Below are positions 1 through 32,749 of a stretch of DNA of 64,000 nt, in pieces (the stretch's first letter is position 1; every line of letters begins with the position of its first letter). The translations under genes were made by a program, and so were the position numbers. The notes under the pieces were generated by a model. The model did no database searches. It saw only the letters and a program-made list of their open reading frames with translations, and was not told the DNA's origin. The DNA is from Amoebidium appalachense. Lineage: Eukaryota > Protista > Ichthyosporea. The DNA is taken from contig CAVNZM010000008.1 in assembly GCA_963693365.1 (NCBI GenBank), forward strand, positions 8,622,818 to 8,686,817, in the 5' to 3' direction.

Positions 1-89
1 GATGGGGGTCCATCCGGTGCATCTGCTGTACATGTGTGTGCGTGTGTGTGTACGTGTGTGTGAACAGTGTGTGTGAAAAGTGTGTGTGT

Positions 90-184
<95 letters not shown>

Positions 185-733
185 GGGGGGGGGTGAGAAA
201 GGCAAAATGTGTGTGTGTGTGTGTGTGTTTGTATGTGTGTGTGAAAAGTGTGTGTGTGTACGTGTATACGTGTACGTGTTGTGTGTGTGCAAACGGTGTG
301 TGTGTGTGTGTGTGTGTGTGCGTGCGCGGGCGCGCACGCGTGCGCACGCATGTGAGTTGGTGTGCATGCGCCCGTGTGTGTATGTGAGAGTTGGTGCTTG
401 CGGATGTGTGTGTCTGCGTTGGCAACGTACAGTCATGACTTCGTTGTGACTGTGTGCTTGATGTGTGGTCTGTAGGGAGGCAGGTAGGCAGGAATGAAGA
501 AGGAAAAGTGCATGAGCAAACCAAAAGCGAAATGACGAGAGAGAGGGTGTCAGGAATAACGAGAGCCAACAAGGAAATGTGGGGGGAAGGGAGAGAGAGG
601 GTGTCAGGAATAACGAGAGCCAACAAGGAAATGTGGGGGGAAGGGAGAGAGAGGGAGACGAGGGGGGAGGGGGGAGGTGGCCGGGAAGAGACCGACTGAG
701 GGTGGGGTTTTTTTTTTTTTTTTTTTTTTTTGG

Positions 734-770
<37 letters not shown>

Positions 771-825
771 GGTAAGAACATGCTAGAGTACAAATTACGC
801 ATTCATGACGGACAACACAGCATAT

Positions 826-864
<39 letters not shown>

Positions 865-969
865 CTGTGCATGTGCACGCGTGTGTGTGCGTGGGTGGGT
901 GGGTGGATGGGTGGGGTGGGTTGGAGAGGAGGAGGGAAGGGGGGGGGAGAGGGGGCGGGGGGGGTTGTC

Positions 970-5315
<4,346 letters not shown>

Positions 5316-5632
5316 TAATTTATGATATGCTCTTCTATAACATAAACCGTAGAGAGATCCAAGGAATCTCCAGTCTATATAAAAACAAGGGGGATATTAC
5401 TAACAAAACGAAGCTTCAAGGCGCCGAAACGTTTCCTGCGCAACGGCAACGGCAACCGGAAACGGTACCGAACCTCTCAAGATCCCTGTGTACTATTTTT
5501 AGCTCAACCCATAGTAGTTGGTGCTATATTTAGCCTTTGGCGGGAAAAATATCCCTTGCAGCGCATATCTCGATTATATCTCCAGAGCTGCTGCGGAGCC
5601 TGGCGGCCATTCCCCCCCTCGGCGATCCCCCT

Positions 5633-5664
<32 letters not shown>

Positions 5665-6215
5665 TTTTTTAATAAAACCTTAAACACGTCCCATATGTGC
5701 CGTGTGTGCCACCGTGTGCACGTGTGTGTAGGTGTACAGAGGAGGGTGGAGACTGCAGCTGTAGAAGCCAAACTAGATGCGTGCTGCACGAAATGTACAA
5801 TGTATGCGTGCAGGTGTGTGACACTGCATGTCATCCAGAACTGAAACGGTACTAGGCCATACAAATCAGCTTTGTCCGACATGTACCGTACGCATGCACA
5901 TAAATGACTATAAGGGCAGGAAGGCAGAAATTCCAACCGCCGGCCACCCGGGCAAAAAAGCAAGATCTGGCACGTGATTTTATTTTTCACTTTTCAAATC
6001 ACAAGCCTTTTAAAAATCACAAGCCAACCAGAGCGCACCAAGTGCACCGTCAATCAACTAAGTAAAACACCCTTATTTAGCTTAGACTATCATCATTGCA
6101 TTCCTTTTATTCCTGAAATCCGTCTAAGGCACTTGTCATTCAATTAATCAAGTTTACGAAGGAACTTTCGAGAAAGTCAAAACAAAAAAACCAAAGAAAC
6201 AAACAAAAAAAAAAA

Positions 6216-6259
<44 letters not shown>

Positions 6260-6685
6260 TACGGGTGTCGCTCGCCGACGCAAATGCCTGTGAAAAAGCC
6301 AAACCATATCATTCAAAAACCCCTTCCCAAAGCCGTCACCTCCCCCCCCCCCCCCCTCCCCCCCCCCCCTCCCCCCCCTCCCCCCCCCCCCCCCCCCCCC
6401 CCCCCCGGGGGTTAAAATAGCCTAAGAAAAAGTAACAGGGCACGTTAATCCACGATGCCTTGGAAACAAGAATTAAGGGAGGATAGTTTCATCACCCGAA
6501 AACTGTTGCTGTTGCAATTGCAATTCATTCATGCCTGAACAATACATTTCGCAAATGCATGGGAAACAACATAGAATAAAAGCCTGTTTAAAATTGCAGT
6601 GACTTTTTGATATAAATGCGGAAGGAAAGAACAAAGGCTGCCGCAGAGCCTCGTTCACCCCCTTACTATTAGGGTGGATGTGTGG

Positions 6686-6728
<43 letters not shown>

Positions 6729-6875
6729 CGCGCGCGCGCGCACGCGCGTTCGTGTGTGCCTGTACGCACACGTGTGCGTGTCTGCTTGCAAGTGCACGTG
6801 CTTGTGTGTGTGTGTGTGTCACTGTGTGTGTTAGTGTGTGTGTGTATCAACCATGTGTACGTCTGTGTAGGCATC

Positions 6876-6907
<32 letters not shown>

Positions 6908-7032
6908 CTTGGAAGAGGAGGGGGGGGGGGGGGGGGGGGGGGGGGGAATGGGGGAGAGGGGAAGGGTGGGGAGGGAGGTTGGGGGGGGGGGGGGGGGGAG
7001 GGGGGGGGAGAGGGGAAGGGGGGGCGGCAAGT

Positions 7033-22802
<15,770 letters not shown>

Positions 22803-25092
22803 GGTGGCGGACAAGAGAGGTTCGGAATGAACGAAAAGAAAGCCGATGCAAAGAAGCAAGAAGGAGTAATTTGGATCACAGGAAGAACAATGAAAGTGTC
22901 ATTGAAAACTAAAAGGGGCTTATAGCTATAGGAAAGAAGAGTTTGATTTTGGGGAAAAGTCTGAAAACCCCCACGGAGGTGTTTGTTTTCGGCAAGCTGA
23001 TTGGGTTGCGCACAAACACTACAGGATCGATATCCCCGTACACTGTACACCACGGGGAAATGCCATGTTTATAGTTGCTCTCCAAAGATCAAGAAATGAA
23101 ACGTTAGTATCGAACAACTGTCACGGCATCAATTACCGACGACTCGCACGCATGAAGAAAGAGGGCACCTTGGATTGGTGGGATGCTCAACATGGCCATG
23201 CAACTCCCCGATGATCTCTGTGCGAAAATGTGCAACGTATCGGCTGGAAGCCGTGTGTGTGTAGCCGTTAAAGTTTATACCCCTTTTTTCTCTCAAGCAA
23301 AATTTAGCTGCAGTCTATAACATCACTAATAATATTAGGATACACTCCTCGTGAAAGAGACGAAAACGGAAGCACCCTCCCCAGTCGCAGACAAACAAAT
23401 CGTTGTACCTAGGTGGGCCGATGCTTCAACACTCACGTTACGGAGTCTTATTAGGAAAACCTGACGTCCCCAACAGCCGTAATGCAGCTGTGTACTAAAC
23501 CAGACACTAGCAAAGGGTGCATTCTATGTGGCATATAATCAAAAAACATGTACAGTAGTATTCGATGTGTACATACTCTGAATACTGAACAACTTTGCAA
23601 TTGATGATGACTGGACTGTACACGGTGCTTGTTTCGATCTAATCGAACTCAATGCTGTAAAGTTTGGACAAAAGCGAGGGCATATTCCTGAACATTATTC
23701 CTGACCGTCTCATCACTGCAGCCCTCGTCGATTTCATATTTCCAAATTCGAAAGCCGCATACCGCAAACTCAGGCTGCCCCTATCGAGGACTTATTATTT
23801 GGAGGCTCAGAAGTTGCGATTTTTCACCAAGGCCTCCTAAATAGGTGTGGTATTTAGGAGGCCTTGTTTTTCACCCGACGGGCACACGTACAACTGTAAA
23901 TGCACATGCACACAGACGTCCACACAGTGGCACACACGTGCAGTTAGCACCCATCTCTCCTCCACCCGGGCATGGGGCCTTAGGCACAAACCCTCGAACG
24001 CACATCCCTCCCACTCCAACCTCTCCCGGCCTCCTTCCTCGGAGCTCCCCTCCGCATCCTAGGCCTCAGCTCAGGCCCCCCTCCCGCCCTCCCTCCCCGC
24101 CCACCCTCCCGTCTCCCCACCCTGCCCCTTCTCCTGCCTTTCGAAAATGTACGTGGTCTGGATATACCCATTTTAGCACACAGTCATCACATACGCAAGA
24201 GCACAGACCCCGTGCCTTGACTTGGAGTGCCGGTAAAAGAGTAAGCTTTCGGAACTGCCTTTACAATTGAGCGCACATAGCCAGATGGAACGATCCAGCA
24301 TCGCCATTACTATGTCTAAGCATGCAAAACTAGCGCGTGCACATACGTTTGCGTAAGCCGCGTGCACAATACCTCGGCAGTGGCAAGCATATCCCACAAG
24401 ATCTGCCCCAAAATGACGCAGCCACATGCAGGAGAAAGCTTCCCGAGAATAATAAGAGTGCCACACGGGTTCCACCACTTGTAGATTTCTCAGAGGTAAG
24501 ATCACATGTGAGCTGTACCTGAAGAAGGACCCTTATGAGGAATGCTACAGTGCAGACACTTTAGTATCAAACTCGCAACGATTAACCCTTTTTAAACTCT
24601 GGCTGCGACCAAAATCCTGCGTAAAAGTTGTACTCCGCCTCCTCTGCTGTTCTACGTGTGAAATCCGGTAGTTTTTGTGTGACCACTTATTTCGGGAGCT
24701 TTCTCCTGCATGTGGCTGCATCATTTTTCACAAACGTGCGGGATAAGATACCCATGTCGTAAGATTCAAATACACCTTGTATTTGCCGCACTTGCGGTGT
24801 GAGGCAAGAGGCATTTAAACACTCGCTAATTCACTTTGTATAAATACACCATGGCCTCCTCAGAAGCAACCTGAACCACGGACTTCGATGCTTGTCGAGC
24901 ACACTAATTCAAAGCAATTGCCACCCACTTCAGCTGGAAACCTACTATTTCGCTTACGTGTAATTTTGAACTTGCCATTCATCAAAGAGCTCAAAATCCA
25001 TTCATACCAATATATACGACCTAAAAACCAACCCTTTTAGAAGCATATTATGCTCTTTCTAACCGATTTTAACGACTCGAAAGTTTTCACTT

Positions 25093-25719
25093 CTAATACA
25101 CCAGTATAGCACAAGCAACAATAGTTGTTAAGACTGTAGCTAGTGTGGCACTTCTATCAAGTGCCCAACGGCCGCCTTTCCTGTTTGGTAGCACCTGGGA
25201 TACCCGCCAGAAGAGCAACCTACTCAGAACAGCAAATAGGCTAAGAACGATGAGCAAGAGGTAAGCTTTCGCCTCAGCTGAGAGATGATTCACGCTTCTA
25301 ACCGCCCCCCTACGTACACGCGCCACGACGGTCCAGACATTTCCCGCTTCCACCCAAGGATCGTCCACCAAGTGCAAAACCCCGCCAGACTTCCAAGCAA
25401 GCGGTCCAGCGAAATCTCGCAACGATATACTCAAGTGACCATCCATGCTCTCGCAGTTCAGTATGGAGCTCTGCTGTGATAGAGGTTGATAATAAACGCG
25501 GCCGTTTCGCTTGACTGGAACGCGTTTGTTTGGCGGAGCAAGTGCCATGCACTGGTTCACACACCAGCGACAAGAGTGATTTAGTTGGCCTGACGCCATC
25601 GCTGTCCGTGGGGTGCCTTTCGGTGGGCCATAGTCGCGAGGAATTCGTCGGGCATCAGCAATAATCTGCGCCACTCTAAGCCCACGCTTCTCAACTAGCT
25701 CCTTGGAATGAGCGGGCAT
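25093..25719 (-). CDS. Hypothetical protein with two predicted C-terminal transmembrane segments
   Basis: 208-aa ORF in repeat-free sequence with hydrophobic segments YLLLIVLSLFAVLSRLLFW and ATLATVLTTIVACAILVY. No domain recognised. Confidence 0.45.
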   Translation of the reverse strand: MPAHSKELVEKRGLRVAQIIADARRIPRDYGPPKGTPRTAMASGQLNHSCRWCVNQCMALAPPNKRVPVKRNGRVYYQPLSQQSSILNCESMDGHLSISLRDFAGPLAWKSGGVLHLVDDPWVEAGNVWTVVARVRRGAVRSVNHLSAEAKAYLLLIVLSLFAVLSRLLFWRVSQVLPNRKGGRWALDRSATLATVLTTIVACAILVY

Positions 25720-26169
25720 TCTTGGAAAGACGAACTTAAGATGCGCTATATATTCTGCTTGTAAAGTCCAGTATTCGTGTCAAAATAGTATAAACTGAAC
25801 ATAGGTTGAGTTGTTGGACTTTAAACACCACACAATATATTGAAAGTGCAGTCCAGAAAAGGCCTTGCAAAACTGCGACAAGTGGTAGGAAGATTTTCAA
25901 ATATGGGGGTGGGTAAGGAAGCTATTGTAACTTGTTGTGCTTCGAAGAAAGGGAAAGGCACACAATAAAACAACTCTGTTACGTTCGTCTTGCCCCCCGT
26001 TACGTTCGTCCTGCCCCTCGTGTCATAAACGACCCATCCCCGAAATTCTTACGAACGAAAGTGAGCCCGGAGAAGTGCATTTGGGCATCTAAAAGGCGAG
26101 ATCTGAATCGAAGCCAGGCAGGTTAGGTGTACGTCACAGCACGGTGAAACGCCAATCTTGATCGCAGAT

Positions 26170-26875
26170 ATCCGACGATTGGCTGCGATGAGTGTCATCC
26201 ATTTCATTATTTTTCATATATGTTTGAAGGTCAGAAGACCTTTTGGCACACCACGCAACATTGACTGCAGCGCGCGTCCTCTAGATATAGTTGTTTTTCA
26301 TTATTTTTTATCAATAGATACATTGTCGTAACTAAAACGCCCTCTCCCACGCTTCTCGCTCAATGACCATCTGCGCACTATGAGCCAAAGCCGTATATTA
26401 TTGGTTACAAGTCATGATGCTGTATAAGTTAAAAGAATAGATGAGTCCGTGGCTATTGCTTTTCTGCTGTGACTGATTGGATTATCGGCTAACGTTCTAA
26501 GTTTCAGGAAGCCGGTTAATGCTAACCTGATAAATAGCCAATCAACAGTAAACAAGTTACATAGTTTTCCAGTAGTGCAGTCGTTGAAGCGTTAATTTTT
26601 GTAAATAGCCCTCCAATTGTATAAATAACGGTGCTTATTTCATAAAAATATTTTTATATATTTAAATGCAACATTCCAGTATATATTTATATAGATTGTT
26701 CATTTTCCGATAAGGTTGCCAGTTTATTCCCGGAGGCCCAGCTATTTGGGGCTTTGCCCATCTAGAGTGGCCATGTTGCACAATCTCATCGCTCAGTCTG
26801 ATTGGTTGACGGGATGAATTTGTGCAATTCCATTGGCCACAGGAACCATCGCTGTTTCGAAGACTGCATCTACCA
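26170..26875. promoter_or_regulatory. CCAAT-box cluster, possible bidirectional promoter
   Basis: Six ATTGG/CCAAT motifs (~26178, 26400, 26476, 26539, 26801, 26832) lie between the divergent putative starts at 25719 (-) and 26875 (+). Confidence 0.35.
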
Positions 26876-28409
26876 TGTTCATCGACCCAGAAATAACATC
26901 GATAACAGAAGGAAACGGTAAATCATAAAAGCAAATACTAATAAAAACACTATATTATTATTATATTAAATCATATATATTATTATTAAGGATACTCTAA
27001 TGCTTCCTGCAGCTTCGTGGAAGCGATCTGATTCACAGCTGGTACAAATCTCCGGCTAGTGTTGACTCGCTGTAGATCATGTCATTCATTAACCACTGCA
27101 ATCATTCTCGTTCACACCATGAGCGGCTGGCCTCGTTGAACTTGAGCAACACGTGTTTTTGGGTGGTACACGTATGCATAAATGTGTCTGTCTGTATGTG
27201 CATGTTGGTGTTGTCACCCCAACACATATGTATACACATGCCGTGCAAATCTAGAGGGTTGGCATGGGTGTGAGATTTTTGGTGGCGGTCACCATGGGAT
27301 GGGCGGCGCTGAGCTTGCACATGTCACATTACACATGTCACATTACTAGATGTGGTGTGTGTGTATTTGGCTAGTGCTCATGGGGGCCAATTTCGGTGCT
27401 TGCATTTACACTTGTCAAATATACACTACGCTGAGAACGCAGGTGGTGAAGATGGATGCTGAGAACACAGGTGGGGAAGATGGTGTGTGCCAACAGGTAG
27501 ATGCGTAGGCATATAGCACGTACGTTCACACTCTTTAGGCTGATTCAGCAGGTGACCGTCGCCATTTTATCAGGGGGGATCATGCTTGTCATTTTGTAGA
27601 TCTAGCTTCGTTAAACGTTCAACAGTTCTTCCCACCCCTACTGTACCCCGCCCCCCCCCCTCCCCTCTCCCTCCCGCCTTCCCCATCTCCCCCAAGAATA
27701 ATTTGTACCCGTGGGCAACCCAGCCCATTAATTCTGGCCACTGCTTTCACCGCCTACCAGTTTGGCGCCCTTCCTTTCCTCATACACTTGCGAGGGTCGG
27801 GGTTGACCTCGAGCCCTTTTTGGAATCTGCTGAAGTATGATATACCGTTTCAACGCCTCTCTCTCTCTCTCTCTCTTTCTCCCCCCCCCCCCCCCCCCCC
27901 CCCCCTTTCTCTCTTCTCTCTCTCTCTCTCTCTTTCCCTCTCTCTCTCTTCCTCTCTCTCTCTCTCTCCCCCTCTCTCTTTCTCTCTCTCTCCCCCCTCC
28001 CCCTCTCCCTCCCTCCCTCCCTCCCTCTCTCCCCTCCCTCCCTCCCCTTCCTTCCTCCCTCCCTCCCTCCCTCCCTCCCTCCCTCTCTCTGTAGTTCTCT
28101 CTCTCTCTCTCTCCCTCCCTCCCTCCCTCCCTCCCTCCCTCCCTCCCTGCCTCCCCCCTCTCGCTCTCTCTTTCTCTCCAGTTCTCTCTCTCTAGTTCTC
28201 TCTCTCTCCCCCCCCCCATATATATATCTCTCTCCCCCCCCCTCCCTCCCCTCCCTCCCTCCCCCCTCCCCCCCCCCCCCCCCCCCTCGAGGTCCCTTCT
28301 CCCCGGCTTGAGCTCCCTCCCCAGCCACAAGCCCTCGGCCCCCTCCCCCCCCTCCCCCCTCCTACAACGTTGACCCCGGGGGGCCCTCCCCCCACTACAC
28401 ACAACACAC

Positions 28410-28475
<66 letters not shown>

Positions 28476-28477
28476 CT

Positions 28478-28508
<31 letters not shown>

Positions 28509-29085
28509 ATAGAGAGGGGGTTAGGGGGGGGGCTCGAGAGAGAGGGGGGGGGGAGGGAGAGAGAGAGGCCGGGGGAGGGGGGTAGGAGGGGGAGGGGGGG
28601 GGGGGGGGGGTAGACAGAGAGAAAGAAAGAAAGAGCTAGAAGGATCGGACTCTGGATAAACCCAATGCAACTTCACCTACCATGGACCTCCCTCCAAGGC
28701 ACCTTGATTACCACCTCAATGCGTGTGTTTTTGTGTGTGCGTGTGGGTTTCTTGCGTGCGTGCGCATGTGCACAAGTGTGCACATTTGTTGGTGTGTGTG
28801 CATGCGTGTTTGGAGGGGGGGGGGGGGGGGGGGGGGGAGGAGGGAGGGAGGGAGGGGGGAGGATCTCTCCTACATATCCAAATATATGTATGTATGCCGT
28901 AACGGGGCTGCGGCTTTCTGAACCAGATGATCCTAGAACGGTTTAGTGATGTGTGCTATTCAATGCGAATTGTAGTCTATTCCTTTCGAATTTGCTGTAG
29001 TCTTGATCATAAACTTGGCCAATGATGCCCTTTAAAACAGGCACAAGCATGGATTTCGACCCAGTGGGTAGTGTGTGTGTGTTGT

Positions 29086-29137
<52 letters not shown>

Positions 29138-29271
29138 AGGAGGGGTGTATGTGTGGTTGGGGGAGGGGGCGGGGTTGTGCCCAGGGGGTGGGGGTGGGGT
29201 GGGGGAGGAGTTAGAGTCACCAGTACTGAAAGCAGGTGGGCAGTGCCCAATGATATTGCGAGATCCCCCCC

Positions 29272-29302
<31 letters not shown>

Positions 29303-29768
29303 AAAAAAAAAACAGACAACGGTGATGCAATTCAATGTGACGTCAATACCGGAAAGTCCTCCCCCCATTCCCCCCCCCCCCCCCCCCCCCCCTCCTCCCT
29401 CCTCCTCCCCTCGCCCGCCCCTGCGCACACACCACACAAACCCACAAATACACACACACACACTCACACAGACATACAGACACACACACACACACACACA
29501 CTTGCTCACACAGGCCCTCGGGAGTCCATTAAATTTTGGTTCTAGTTCAGTTCAACGACGGATAACCTGTACAGGGGTGCACAGAGGTGCTAAGCCTTCA
29601 TGATTCCTGCTTGAATCGTGCTTAGAAGTCGGGTCGTTTGGCATCTGAGAGACAACGTGCGTAGTTCTTCTTCTATGAACTTCTAGCTATTACGTAGATA
29701 TCTTGTTACATTCAGCTTCACGGAACTGTATTGGAACTACGTATCGACTCCTGAGCCGCGCCCAAGAA

Positions 29769-29804
<36 letters not shown>

Positions 29805-29918
29805 GGGACACAAACTTTCTGCTATTTCAGTGCACCAACCTCGGTGCCTCCCCCCCCACCCTCCCCCCCGTCCTCCTCCCCTTCCCCCCCCCCCCCCCCC
29901 CCTCCCCCCAAGAAACCC

Positions 29919-29949
<31 letters not shown>

Positions 29950-30239
29950 AAGTTATCACCAACTGACTCACGGGCCATTCAACCAAGACTACCACCATCA
30001 CCTTCGCCCACCCGGCCACCCATGGCCATCCACCGGCCCACCGTTTGTCTTAACTGGTTCCGTGCCGTGACTCCACAATAATAATGTGCATAATTTGCGA
30101 ATTTTATCCAGTTAATGATTTTATTTGGTGCAGCTCTGCCGACTTTATTTTTTTCTAAACCCTTTACGACTCTGAGGCTGAGGTTACAAACTTATATCGT
30201 CCCCTCCCGCCTCCCTGCCCCCTCCATCCTTCCTCCTCC

Positions 30240-30296
<57 letters not shown>

Positions 30297-30350
30297 ACAC
30301 ACACCACCACCACCAGGAGCTCCGAGCAGGCTACTAACGAACAACCGAGT
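26875..30350 (+). CDS. Possible multi-exon gene of unknown function
   Basis: ATG exon MFIDPEITSITEGN|GTAAAT (26875-26917) lies downstream of several CCAAT boxes. It is followed by short AG..GT-bounded open segments at 27013-27041, from ~27076, ~27433-27486, ~27761-27834 and ~29513-29587. No homology recognised. Confidence 0.3.
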
Positions 30351-30439
30351 ATACGTGCCTGTAACGAGACATATGGCATCATGGAATTTTAGAGCCAAGT
30401 TGGCAGAGTAAGGAACGACTGAGGAGGAATATGGCCCCC

Positions 30440-30479
<40 letters not shown>

Positions 30480-30639
30480 CCCCCCCACCCCCTCCCCCAC
30501 CCCTTTTTTTTGTTTGGACCCTCGGCTTCATTCAATCCTCCTCTAGTCGGTGTCCGTAGACGTCCCCAAGTGTGTTTTTTTTTTTTTTTTGAGCCCGGCC
30601 CCTACCCCGAGAAATACCGTATGATCATGATATATATGT

Positions 30640-30829
30640 GGGGTTTACGCTGTTTACTCGAGGCAAAGAGAGACCAGTCTCAGGTATGGGGGGGTTTTGC
30701 TCGGAATATCCCCTCAGCGGTATATCATGATCACGTACATAGATGTCGGGTGATGACTATATATCAGGGTTTACTTTCTCTACGAGACACCATAAAGACT
30801 AAGAAAAATCAATTAGTTGGGGTTCCCCG

Positions 30830-30860
<31 letters not shown>

Positions 30861-30898
30861 GGCTCCCCTGGGACACTCGGTATCAGCTGGTTGTGTGT

Positions 30899-30963
<65 letters not shown>

Positions 30964-32180
30964 GGTGCACTAGAATTTTGTAGTGATGTGTTTCTCAAGC
31001 CAATCAATACATTTAATAAACAGGTCGTAGTTACGCGTGTTTAGTATAAAATCAAGGATGTTGTAATTTACAGGTAGGCTATCTTTCTGGGTGTCTGTTG
31101 TGAATGTGACGTGTGTGTGTTGTGGTATTATGTGGTCTATCAAACTACATTTGGCGATACATGACCGTTTAAACTGGTGTGTGTGTGTGTTGTTTGGGCA
31201 TGCAAACGATGCCACCTTATACTTATTAGATCTCCACTGTATAGCACGTGTACAGTAAAAGCGTGGTAATTGATCAATAATACCATCAGCTAGAGAAAGA
31301 CCAGTTCTACAGGAAGGTAATATGTATTTAGGTGTTATACATTTGCGAGTGCCATATTTGGCAATATGGTTAAGGCGGTCATTATATATAAAACGAGACA
31401 TAAGGCTTAGTTTTTCAGAGTCTGCTTTCATCGGGTCTAGTGTCGTGTGGTATCTTTTTCCATTTGTTATATTGCGTGATTATCTTGTGATTGTGTACAT
31501 GTTTAATAAGTAAGTGGCAGTCCAAAGTGACACGCACACTTTTGCGGGGTTTATTTGTATTTGTGCCCCGGGGGAAAAGGCGAGAGAGAGGGAAGGAAAG
31601 ATGGGAGATGTGAGGAGGGGACAGGTCGGATAGAGAAGAGAGGGCGGGAGGGCAAATACTTCTTTAAGCGGCTTATGTGCTTATTGAATTTCAGCGTGAG
31701 ATGGGATACTCTAGCAGCGATTGGGACCAGACCATATATCGAGAGCTTTACAGGCCCAGGTTTACAACAGTTGTTAAATAGAAAGGAGGCAACTTCTGCT
31801 TCAAGGAAATTTGCCAAGGGTTTAAGCGCTCTAGTTCTCTCTTTCTTGATCCAAGCGGCGAGAAGGGGTAAACCATATTCACATGCCGGGAAGACAAAGG
31901 TGCGAATAAATGCAAGTCTAATAGAAGGATGGAGGGGTGTGTCTTTAAAAATATTAGCCGAGAAGAAAGCTAACCGCTTACGAGCCAACTCTACCCTCTT
32001 TTCGACCATATGGGAAAACATAACACCAACAGAATTAACCGGAACACCAAGATATTTGTATTCTGGAACTATAGGTACAGGTTTAGATGATAATATAAAT
32101 GTGTGTAAATTGTTGGCTATATCAGGTACAAGAACACCACATTTGTCTATGTTGGAAACCGTTGAAACAAAACCAACTTG
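30640..32180 (-). mobile_element. 5'-truncated non-LTR retrotransposon (LINE) 3' fragment
   Basis: RT C-terminal motifs NIDKCGVL, YKYLGV and RTFVFPACEYG are followed by a Cys-rich tail (AIQWRSN..CP..FKRSCIAKC..YNILDFILN) and a 3' UTR. A frameshift/stop occurs near 31551. A second copy lies at 61516-62521. Confidence 0.85.
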
Positions 32181-32705
32181 AAACAGGTTAAAAAAGACTC
32201 TGAGGGAGTTGGAATGAATAAAAGAATCTGATCGAGAAGAGAAGAAAAGAAGTGGGGAAAAAATTTGAAGTAAGCAACACTCTCCCCCTCCCCTCCCCTC
32301 CCCTCCCCTACCTCCGCACCCCCTCATCCCTCCCCCGAGCCACCCTCCCCTCCTTCTCAGAGTTTGCCCATTTCCGTCCCCTTCCCCTCCCCCCCCCATC
32401 CCTCCTCTTTGCAATAACCAAACCTTACACATTCTAACGAACAAAGCAAAGAAAAACACTTTCACAGTTCACTAATCCTCCACTGGAAACTGCTTCTCCT
32501 TTCACCTCCTCACGTTGACTAGGGACATGTCATGAAATGACAATCCTCGTCCCCCTGTGTCCCCCTCTCCCCTCCCTCCCTCCCCCCCCCCCCCCCACTC
32601 CCCCCCCCCCCTTCCCCCCCCCGCTGAGCCTCTCCATAACCACTTTCCCGTTTCCCCTTGACACCCCTCAGTTTAGGTATGATGCTGCTAATCGACTGAC
32701 ATCTT

Positions 32706-32749
<44 letters not shown>

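Noticed and set aside
537-655. 54-bp tandem duplication encoding RERVSGITRANKEMWGEG twice
   Set aside because: A simple local duplication in low-complexity sequence with no support for coding.
5910-6075. Possible Harbinger MITE (TAA GGG...CCC TTA)
   Set aside because: The termini match for only three bases.
25926-26138. Possible solo LTR (TG...CA)
   Set aside because: No target-site duplication and no second copy in the window.
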